64,000 nt of DNA from the human T2T-CHM13v2.0 reference genome, Homo sapiens. This document shows, piece by piece, positions 54,301 to 64,000 of the stretch. Location of the stretch: assembly GCF_009914755.1 (NCBI RefSeq), contig NC_060928.1; one strand, written 5' to 3'. Within the stretch, counting starts at the first letter, position 1, and every line of letters begins with the position of its first letter. A program made the translations under genes and the position numbers. The notes beneath the pieces were generated by a model. The model did not search any database. It was not told where the DNA came from and saw only the letters and a list, made by a program, of their open reading frames with translations.

Positions 54301-54975
54301 TTGATAGGTACATAATATATGTCCATTTTTGCAAAATTTAGAATATAACTGAAAGCCAAATGAAGAAAAGTAAAGTATCTATATTCCCACTAGAATAACC
54401 AAGTAGCCTTGAAAGCGTCCACATTCATTTCCTTGATTGCATATAGCAGGATAATTTACACACAAATACAAAACCACCACTCACCCTTTTCTGCTACAAA
54501 GTTCACAGTTTCAGGCTTCCTGAGAGTTCCAGCAATGACCAAACATGAACGCTGGCTACAGCTGTGAGAGTCCTTCTCCCCCCATCAGCAAAGGCAGTCC
54601 TCAGAACGTATTACAAGTAATGACCTAGAGACGACTGCATTCTCACTTGCCATCATTCTAACGAACCCCAAGTAGCTTCATTCAGAAGTAACAGACGAAT
54701 GAATGAAAGATGCCCATTCAGTTGTATCATGGAGGCATTAAAGCAGGTGTTAAAATAAACCAGGGACAAGGTTGCCCACAGTGACCCAGAAAGGCCAATA
54801 TGCTATTTAAACTAACCCCATGCCATCCATCTTTACAGACTGCTGTGCTGCAAAAGTAGTCCTTTATTCTCCTCCTTCAAACAATGCACAAAGGCAACAG
54901 AGGGAAGGAAGTTATGTTGCAATATTCTGAAACATAAATCTTGCTACCAGCCGGTCCAGGGACGCATCCTGTTTT

Positions 54976-55611
54976 CCTTACACATGGATCAGATTCACTG
55001 GAGGCTGTTACCTCTGAGCCTTTTGCTTTGTTTTTTAAAGTGGCTTCTGAATCGTACCTGGTCACCTGCATTTACACATCCAAACACAGGTTGCGTAAGC
55101 AGAGAACATTGTTTGCGTGTCCAGTTACTCAACCAACATGTGCTATTGCATGTTGCTACCCCTCTGCCACCACCCAGAATTCCCTTTCTCAAATTGTGAC
55201 ATTCAGCTTCATTTTTTATCATTATTAAGTTTGTGATGTTAAATAAAAATTAAACTTAGATTCAAACATATGGAAGAAACAAAAAGAAGAGATACATAAT
55301 TTACTCTCAACATTTTAAGACTCTGCCACTCTATTATATATCCCTAAATCCCACTTTCTGCTTTGATGAGAATTCAGTCGATGGCCAGTTTCCAGTGGTG
55401 TCATTGACGTGCTACTTGAGTCAGGGAAAAGCATTTAACTACTCAGTGCCTGATTTTATTCTGGGAATCCAAAGTAGATAATGCTTGTTATTGTCAGATC
55501 AGAGACAGCAGAGCCCGTGACTGTTTAACTTACTCAAGTACAAGGCCTTCTCAAATGTGATGAGGCAGGGCTTTGCAAATTGGAAGAAGGTGAGTGCAGG
55601 TGAAAAGTCCA
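54976..55611 (-). promoter_or_regulatory. Candidate intron-2 alternative (liver-type) promoter / first exon
   Basis: Repeat-free cluster: C/EBP TTGCGTAA 55091-55098, AGAACA 55103-55108, FOXA TGTTTGC 55110-55116, TGACGT 55405-55410, AP-1 55417-55423, HNF4-like AAAAGTCCA 55603-55611. Minus-strand donors lie at 55011 (GAG|GTAACA) and 54981 (GT|GTAAGG). An intron-2 liver promoter is published; placing it here is inference plus recollection. Confidence 0.55.
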
Positions 55612-56148
55612 CTGTGAGTGGCCGGCCCTGGGAAGGCACTTCCCTGAAATGCTGCTTTGGTAGAAGCAACACAAACCTGTGGCCATGAAAGAGTTATCTG
55701 GTTTCATACGAACCTTCTTCACAGGGAAGACCCAATTTTAGAATGTCACCTGTGCTGAAAACACGCTTTCCTTTCACATTACAGAAAAGATGCCTGAGTT
55801 TAACACTAGAGGGCAAAGAGTGGAGGTGTCCTCATGCCATGCAAATACTCCTGAAGCTGCTGCTGTTGGTAAGGGCATTGCCACATATGACTTTACCCTT
55901 TGCCTCGATAAAGAATGGGCTTTGTGACATCAGAGAAAACTGTTATGGGAACTTACCTAAACAGTCACTTTTGCCCTCTGACACTAAGAGGATACCTGAC
56001 ATATTAGTCCTGGAGCCCCAGGCATCCCGATATCGTTATACGACTTCTCATTCTTTATATCCAGTAGCTTACTATGTCTTCTCTCAGAAATCTGACCAAT
56101 TAATCATTAGTAATTTATAAAGGGGAAGCCTGTGACTTTATTTAAAAG

Positions 56149-56391
56149 CAGGGTTTTTCAACCTCAGTGCTTTTTTCATTGGAGGCTGAATCATTTTTTG
56201 TGGTGGGAGCTGTCCTGTAGGCTGTTGGATGTTTAGCAGCATTCCTTGTCTCTAGTCTCTACTCAATAAATGCTCGTAGCATCCCCTTGTCCCCAGGGAT
56301 AACAACCAAACATGCCTCCAGATATTGTCAAATGTCCCGTGAATTGGGGTGTGGGGCGGGGACCAAAATCGCCTTTGGTTGAGAATCATTG
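56149..56391. mobile_element. MER20 hAT-Charlie relic
   Basis: cagggtttttcaacctcagtgc...gatgtttagcagcat...ggttgagaatcattg, with terminal inverted repeats. Confidence 0.85.
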
Positions 56392-57234
56392 GTTTAAAAT
56401 GACCTAATGAGAGACTAAATTAAATGAACTTCTGTTTTAGAGTGCTGAAAATAATTTTATTAGCATAGAATATGATACAGGGAGACAAAAAGGGTGGCAT
56501 GGCATATATTAAGCACCTACATGTAGATAATTAACTAGATGCTGAACCAAGTCTCCTGAAGGTATAAATGCAAAGTACCTCTCACAAATACCACAACACA
56601 AAATATAGGGACATAAAAGTTATGGAGAAAGTTGTATTTTTTTTAAAGTAGCCCACCAGAGAGGCATTGACTCCTATGCCATCTCCCCTACCGCTAAGTT
56701 ATTCTCTAGCCTCTACAAAATGCATGGCATTCACCTGATATGAAATAGGTGATTTTTAGATAAGAGGTCTATGGAGATGGACATTTTTTAAAGCATTGTT
56801 TATTTAATGCAGCATGACTTAGAATGGGCCTGTAACTTGACAAATGTACTGAGTGAGGAATGTTCAATTTACCAGTTCTAACTGGCCAAGTCCTCACATG
56901 AACTTTCTAAGACCCGGCTGAGAAGCCTGGGAAAGTAGAACTAACCACAACCTTCAGTGTTCCCTCCACCTTGTTCTGTCTCCCCAGTCCAAACTCTACT
57001 ACCTTAAGCATTCTTCTAAAACCCACTTAATCTCCAGAGGTATTACAAAATCTCAGCCATAGGCAGAACCTACAGCCGTCTCGGCTCACCAGCTAACTCT
57101 ACCTCCGTGCCAACCAACACTGAAAGGAAAGATTCTGTTCTATTTTTAAATATATTGAGCAAAGAAGCAGCTTGATATGTCTTTGTAAAGGATGGCTGTC
57201 ACCCAAATTCATGGGTTCTCTATTTTTATCAAGG

Positions 57235-57440
57235 ATATAAACTTTGAAGTCCGATAAATTTGGGGTTCAAATCCCAGGTCTTTATTGTCAACTGTGTGAT
57301 TTGGGGAAAACAAATAACCTCTCTGAGTTTCAGTGTCTGCATATGTAAAACAGGAATGATAACAATAGGACCTAACAATAGGTTGTTTTCAAGGATAAGT
57401 GAGATGACATATATTAAGCATGAGTATACCAAAATGTTGG
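57235..57440 (+). mobile_element. MIR SINE
   Basis: ggggttcaaatcccagg...ctgtgtgatttgggga...aacctctctgagtttcagt...atatgtaaaacagg. Confidence 0.8.
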
Positions 57441-58507
57441 CCATTATTGTCATTACTATTATTGTTATCAACATTAATATATTCATCATTCTCTCATGAT
57501 TTAACAAACATTTATTCAGCATGTATTATATGCTGGGTTCCAGCAAAACTCAGTTAATATTTTAAACTTGGCTTTCTTAAGACTCAGATTTCAACCAAAT
57601 AACATGGAAGTATAAGAAATGTCTTTGCTGATGAATAAGAAAAGTCCAGCACATAGTAGGTGCTCAGAAAACATTAGATGATGATGATGATGGCACTGGC
57701 AGTTGTGATAAAGAAAACTAGCCGATATGTCATCCTTCGTTTAATTCACTTGCCAGAGTACTCACTAAATGTTTGTTCCTATAAAAAATAATGTATTTCA
57801 AGTAAATGAGTACTGATCTTGTGGGAAAGAATTCCTTTTCTCAAAGTAACACTTTAATAGGAATAGATTAACATTCTTTATTATAGGGTAGGCTTATAAT
57901 AAGAGTCCGGAGTCACGGAGGTAATTCTTGCTACTGAAAAGTAAATGAATTTTGACTGATTTATAAGTATACAGTAGATTAGTCAAGTTTAGCAATTCCC
58001 ATTATATAAAGAAATTAGAGATATGAACCAAAAATATAATTAATAATAATAATCAAAAGAGCTCACCTAATTAGTAAAGCAAACAAAGGTAGACATCTAC
58101 CCCCTTGGTTAAAAAGAAAGGCCTTCTTATTTATTAATTTATATGAGGTACCATTTATTGCTCATTCTTTCTGTGGGAAATAGACAGGAATAAACAGGTT
58201 TAGACTTTTGTTCTTCTTTGTCACTAATCTTTCACAACCCTTTAGTATTTCAACACAGTTTAACTCACTCACAGTTGTTGATTCCTAGTCCCTAGTTGAT
58301 TTATTTTTTAAATCTTTAAAAAAATAAAAACAAAACATTTGTTTTCCAAATGCTGTTTTTCCATAAATTAGAAAGTATGTAACTGTGATGAAAAGTCTTT
58401 TGATGATAGCAAAGTAAGAACTCATTATGCATTCAGGTCTATTACCATGTTAGTCTGGCCCAAGCCAAACTCAATGAAAAATTAATGTTTCCAAAGGATG
58501 TCCTTAC

Positions 58508-58687
58508 CTCAAATATGTTTGAAGGCTCATTGTTGTACTGATTGGATATTATTTCTGATTGGTCACTGCACCACTTGAGTCCACCCAGAAAGCTGTCTGT
58601 ATCCAAGTCGTTCACATCTAGTTCAGAAAGATCAAGTTCAGGAAGATCTGGGCAAAGAGGCTGGTCTTCACCAACCAGAGCAGCACA
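58508..58687 (-). CDS. PPARGC1A: PGC-1alpha exon 2 (aa 19-78, CAALVGEDQPLCPDLPELDLSELDVNDLDTDSFLGGLKWCSDQSEIISNQYNNEPSNIFE), acidic activation domain
   Basis: 180-nt open frame continuing exon 1. Acceptor is T-tract+ctgcctcctgCAG; donor is GAG|GTAAGG. Not listed in the ORF track in this frame. Confidence 0.98.
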
Positions 58688-59402
58688 CTGCAGGAGGCAG
58701 AAAAAAAAAATTTAAAAAAGCTTCCATTAACCACAGGAATTTATTAAACTGCAATAGCATGTGATAGGAATTAAGCCTAGTTAATTCAACTACACTACCA
58801 AAGCTAGTTTCTGGCACTTTAATCACCAGGAAAAACATCCTAAAATCTTTACTCACTTGGCTCCTGAAGGATAATTTCCCTGCTTTATTCCATCCAAAAG
58901 CTACCTCCAAACACATGGTAAATACCAAGCTCCACGAAGCTTTCTCTGATTCTTCCAGTTAGAAATCAACTAGATATTTTTGGACCTCTTTGTACAAAAT
59001 CCTTGATACCTGTTTGATAGTTACTGCTTCCAAAGTTTTAAACTGTCTTATAGTTAACCATAATACAAACTTGATTTTACCTTGGAAATTTTATCACACA
59101 TAATAGACACTCAATAAACTATTGCTAAATGGAAAAAGAACAGAGGAACTACACTAGGAAAAATTTTCTCCATTTACACTCCTTTTAAGCATTATAATCC
59201 AAATAATTCATTTAGCAACTAATGATGCAAAGCCCTTTGACTCATCTGTGGTTCTCCTGAATTGTTATTTAAATCATTTACTCTTATTTGACTCTTCATG
59301 ACTTTCTGGACTTCATCCTTAAAGGCAAAAGCAAGTTCCTTAAGATGAAGGACAAAAATCATAATTTTTTTTCTATACGGCTTTTGTATGTAACTTGCAA
59401 GA

Positions 59403-59446
59403 TGTGTGTGTGTGTGTGTGTATGTGTTTGCACACGTATGTGTGTG
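59403..59446 (+). repeat. Imperfect (TG)n microsatellite in intron 1
   Basis: TG run followed by degenerate TG units. Confidence 0.85.
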
Positions 59447-62400
59447 TACGGTTGGAATCACCTAGTACCTGGAAAAGAAAACTCACAATAGCATACCATC
59501 ACTATATTTTGTTCATTATTTATGTATATCTAAACTGTGCTCTACGTGAATTCAAAATAACTATTTTTGTTTAGAGTTTTAAAATAATTTCTACATATTG
59601 AGAGGTTTAAAATATCTCTACCATGGCTGGGCTGCTTATCACCAAGATTATTTTAGATTGTCAAAGCATTTCATCCCCTTACATGAAATAGACAGTCTTT
59701 TTAACTGTTTTACCATGCGGCTTTTGGAGGCAAGTGGACTCCCCTTACCAATGAGGTGGTCTCCTAAACTTGAATTGGCTACCTAACCGCTAATGTCAGT
59801 CCGCAGACAGTAAAGAACACTGCAGGAACTCCTATTGCAGGGGTCTGGCATTGCCAGAACAGTAAGGACTTCATCCACCTGTAAGTGGGGGTGTCTAAAT
59901 CAGGAGGCACACACTGACGCAGCACCCTCATGGCCCTGCCTTCCAAGGTCAGGAGAGATGCTGTGGAATTGTTCACATCCAGGCTGCAGTTAGGCATAAA
60001 ATGAAAGATGCTCCTTGACATTTACATTTTGAATGAAATAAGTTTTATGCAGATTTTCTTTCTCAAGCACCCCTGTTATCCCTGGCAGGGATTCCTAGCA
60101 GGCCACATTACACAGGTCATATGCAGCAGCGTGATCAAAAGCAACACGCTGAGAAGTAAGTACTGGGTAATGGAGTCAGCAGTTGGTAAGGGGAGGATGG
60201 GGGGAGACTGAAAATCATTGCCATCCTTCTCTAAGACCATTGGACCCCAGTGAGATCCCTGGCAGCAGGGACAAGGGAATGCAAAGAAAGGGCCCTCCTC
60301 ACCATCAAAACTCTTTCCTTATCATTTTATTGGTCTTTCCTTTTATTATCTGAGTTAGCCCAAAATTACAGATCAGTATACTTGACAAGGCATATAAGTA
60401 ACTGGAGGCTGGGCTGAAGAGATCTCGTTCTGGTACAATGCTCATATTTGGTTGTGGATGTAACACTGCCCAGACTCCATTCTTGCCCACACAGCTGATC
60501 CTCCAAGCCCAAACACACTATCTTAACTTTTCCTCAATGTCACCAATTCAGAGATGGGGGAGAACTTTTTCAACGGTGCAAGATACACTAGGATTTTATA
60601 GGGGCATAGTCTTTAAAAAAAAAAAAAAAAAACATGAACAACAAAAATAGCAACACAAAAGTAAAAATAATCAAGAAAATGTAGGCTGTCTACATATGGC
60701 TTAAGTTCCTGTTGTGAAACTTAGGAACCAACCATGTTTTGGAATGCTAAAGTGGCATACTGATTTGTGGACAACTTCTTCCTGTCCCTCTCTTTAACTG
60801 CCCTCTTTGGCATGACTTGCTCATAACCCTTTAACCTTCCATAAATATGTATTTTTAAATAACTTTTGAAAACCATTGAAAAGACCAGGTCAATTTGTTG
60901 TATTGGTGCTATCTTGTCATTTACATATTCCTTTCCTTCCTCTCACTTGTTCGCTCGTGCGCTCTCTCTCTCTCTCTCATTTTGCTTTTATGTTATGGTT
61001 GAGAAAAGTGCATGTGTTCTTGCCAATGTTGACATGCTAATAAAATCTGTGCTTCTGAATGTGGCATTATCCTGCTAATCTAAAACACATTAGTGGTAGC
61101 AAGTGTTCCTGTTATTAATTTATATTTGGCCTTTGGACAATGCCAGACTTAACAGTCCAAGCCCTGTAACTGTCCTCATCTGACATGCTGATATTTACTG
61201 TTTCCCTATACCTCTGTAACAGGTGTGCTTTATTGCAATTACACAGACACATTCTACTGCCTCTTTGCAACTATGACAGCTATTTCACAACTGTAGCCTC
61301 AATTTTATAATAAGATTTAAGAGGATAAAGCAGTCACTAAACACAAAAGGCTAATTATTGTATGTTATTTCACCCCAACAGACTTTTCTCTTAGTTAAGG
61401 AGCAGACAATAAATTAGCTTAACTGCACTGATGATAATGAATCATTATAATTAAGTATAATTCTCCATTAACCTTTTGGAGGTTTTTGTGCCATTGATGG
61501 TAAATTTTAAAGAGAGAGAGAGAAGAAGGAGTGGACTTGGCCACATTAATTATATTAATGAAAAAAGAAACTGGGTTCTTAAAAAAATTAGTTAAGACAG
61601 GGGAAAGGGGGTGGAGAGAGGGGCAGTAAAGAATGACAGTCTTAGTGGGGTGTATGTCATGTGAATTGTCTCTATCAATCTTAGTAACCTTACTGTATAT
61701 CACCTTCATTAAACTGTGAAACACGGGGCACTCCAAGTAGCTATAGTGATATAGGCCTATATTAACCAATGTACTACCCTGTCATTATGTGCAAAAGGGC
61801 ATAATACGTTTTAGGATGACAGCAAACATTAATGATTCAAAAAATGAAAACTGCCAACGCTACCTGCTGCTCGTAATATTTTATACAGGCGGAGGTGATT
61901 CCCAGAGCCGCTGCCGTGTAGGCAAAGCTTCTAGCAGCTAGCTGCCTGTAGTGCAACAGAGAAGTGACTGGCCAATCTCAGCCGACTGGCGACTCTATCC
62001 ATGGCTGGACAAGTAGCCAAGACCTTTCCTCCTTAAGAAAAAAATTTAAAGGCCACTATTCTAAATGCTTCTGATGTTTATTTGAAAATGACTGCAGGAA
62101 TTCCAATGATTAAAATAAATCTTCCTTATTTCCATATGATCTAGTTCCTCAATCAACTCCTAACAGCATCAGGAATAATACATGATGGAAAAATGAAACT
62201 ACAGCAGCTGAGACCCACAGTGCCAGCCAGACAACCACCCACAGGACACTCCGGCTACTCAAAGGCAATTAGGACTTTGAAGCCACTTATAACCCTGACT
62301 CATAATGGCTACAGGGCATATGAATTATCCATATCTATTCCGCCTTACCAAGAAATCAGAACAAGATAACAATTACAATCCACAAATACGATCTACCAAG

Positions 62401-63661
62401 GCAAGGGAGGGCAAATGGAGCCAACATTTGCAAACCCAGCAAAGAGTTAAGAATCCCGGGCATGCCTCGCTAGATAGGAAAAATGCATTCACAGACGGCC
62501 TTGGCCAAATTATTTTCACTTTAGATGTGTATCGCTGCACCACATGGACATCTTATTTAATCAAATCACGTGTGGGCTTGATCCTCCCCCTTACCCTACG
62601 TGCCCCCAGCTACCCAGAGGAAACACTCGCAGTCTTTTGCCAGATTCATTGTTAGCAGCTGGGATCCTCCATGCAATTCAATTCGAGTCCATCTCACCAG
62701 AGTCCACAGAAAGTTTCGCTTGTTTCCCAAGTTGCCCAAACTTTCCTTCCGAGAGCATTCCATTGTGCTGAATGCAAACACGCCGAGGTCCTCCGTCCCC
62801 CCACTAGACTCCAGAGATTACGAGGAAACTGCTTGCGTTATTTTCCCCCCTGTATGAATTGTAGCCAGCAGAGACTGTGGAATTGATGTATTGCTGTCTA
62901 TTTTTACACTAGCAGCGAGCAGCTCCACACACAGTCCTGCATAAACTCTATTCTCTCTCAGCTTCAGGCAGCTCTCCGTGGTACAGGAAGATTTAACCAT
63001 TGGCTTCCCTGCCACCGACGCGAACGGAAAACCTTGCACTGCCAGGCGTTTCTTTTTATTCGCTGGCCAAATCTTTCAACCACGTATAGGAGTTTTAAAG
63101 GAAGCAGCATCGTTGTTTTGTGTTCTGTGGGAAAAGCAATCTAAAATAGCCCAGCAGGATTATTTAGGATTTTGTAAGTTCTCTGTCTGATGAACAGAGA
63201 GAGAGGGGGGAAAAATCCGGACTAGAGTCAAAACGGACTATATTTGAACACATCCATTTTAATATTTTTATCTTCGTCTTATTATAAATAGAAATGGCAT
63301 TTTTCCAACCAGGCCACTAAACACCACTGGAAAGACTTCAGCTTCTGATTCATATCAATATCTTAGAGCATAAATATTGCATATGAGTAGAAACAGTGCC
63401 AAAGTCACATGGAAAGAGTTTCTAACTGCAACAGATACTGATGACAGCAGCTAAGCTTTGATTTGCTCAAGCCATCTCAGAGCCACCTTAAAATAGCAAA
63501 CTTATTGGAGTTAAGATAAGATTGAGATTCTTCTAAAAGCTCCTGCCTGGACTACTTTCCTGGCTCCTCTCTTTGCCCAAGCCCATCCCCCCTTACAGGA
63601 ATAATAGCATCTGAGGGAAGCGTCAGTTGTGGCTGCAGCGCCGAGCCCTGCCCCAGCTCAC

Positions 63662-63715
63662 CTCGATGTCACTCCATACAGACTCAGAGTCCTGGTTGCA
63701 CATGTCCCACGCCAT
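63662..63715 (-). CDS. PPARGC1A: PGC-1alpha coding exon 1 (aa 1-18, MAWDMCNQDSESVWSDIE)
   Basis: The reverse complement translates to the recognised PGC-1alpha N-terminus. ATG is at 63713-63715. The donor is GAG|GTGAGC (GT at 63660-63661). 54 nt, phase 0. Confidence 0.98.
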
Positions 63716-63835
63716 CCAGCTCCTGAATGACGCCAGTCAAGCTTTTTCAACTCCAATCCACAGTGACACAGAGCACACACTCATGCAGGCAACCAGCCCC
63801 TTACTGAGAGTGAACTGAAGGCACCTGTCTTACTA
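63716..63835 (-). other. PPARGC1A: 5' UTR of canonical exon 1 (TSS approximate)
   Basis: The minus strand from 63835 reads TAGTAAGACAGGTGCCTTCAG..., matching my recollection of the reference mRNA 5' end. The exact TSS cannot be derived from sequence. Confidence 0.75.
63737..63784 (-). CDS. Upstream ORF, 15 aa (MSVCSVSLWIGVEKA*)
   Basis: ATG at 63782-63784, TGA at 63737-63739, ending 21 nt before the main ATG. A repressive conserved uORF in PPARGC1A is established in the literature. Confidence 0.88.
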   Translation of the reverse strand: MSVCSVSLWIGVEKA

Positions 63836-63844
63836 CAGTCCCCA

Positions 63845-63854
63845 GTCACATGAC
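63845..63854. promoter_or_regulatory. CLEAR/M-box-like E-box GTCACATGAC (MiT/TFE or USF)
   Basis: 9/10 match to the CLEAR consensus GTCACGTGAC, just upstream of the TSS. MITF and TFEB are known activators of the gene. Confidence 0.65.
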
Positions 63855-63929
63855 AAAGCTATTAAAAAGTAGGCTGGGCTGTCACTCACCCAGCCTCCCT
63901 TCCCCTGTGCAGCTTGCTGCTCTAACTCG

Positions 63930-63937
63930 TGACGTCA
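63930..63937. promoter_or_regulatory. Full palindromic cAMP response element (TGACGTCA), proximal promoter
   Basis: Exact motif inside gTGACGTCAc, about 100 bp upstream of the TSS. CREB/ATF2 control of PPARGC1A is established. Confidence 0.92.
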
Positions 63938-64000
63938 CTCAAAGGCAGCCCTCTGCTTCAGTGAAGTAACGCTTTAAAAAAAAAAAAAAGAAAGAAAAAG

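Noticed and set aside
59943-59951. ERRE/SF-1-like CCAAGGTCA in intron 1 (also TGAAGGTCA at 23509-23517)
   Set aside because: Isolated 9-mers are near chance expectation in 64 kb and have no supporting cluster.

Overview
Primate (by recalled protein sequence, human) genomic DNA carrying the 5' part of PPARGC1A (PGC-1alpha) on the minus strand. It holds the proximal promoter (CRE, CLEAR/M-box), exon 1 with a 15-codon uORF, and coding exons 1-5 (residues 1-252, including the L1/L2/L3 leucine motifs). Intron 1 is 4,974 nt, intron 2 is 52,983 nt, intron 3 is 1,971 nt, intron 4 is 858 nt, and intron 5 runs off the left edge. The introns hold ten Alus (one nested), two THE1 solo LTRs, a full-length MADE1, MER5/MER20/MER94/MER102, MIR, L2, L1 and CR1/L3 relics, and microsatellites. 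I see no new protein-coding gene or prokaryote-type system; the supplied ORFs are exon overlaps or repeat/chance frames. The most notable unexplained structures are: a 101-bp, 100/101-identical copy pasted 9,872 bp away beside an AT-only expansion; a perfect 37-bp hairpin next to a second hairpin; a candidate UG-repeat-guarded cryptic terminal exon in intron 2; a motif-rich candidate intronic (liver) promoter; and an ATF4-like arrangement of out-of-frame AUGs before Met128. Repeat family names come from remembered consensus sequences and their boundaries are approximate unless a TSD is given.
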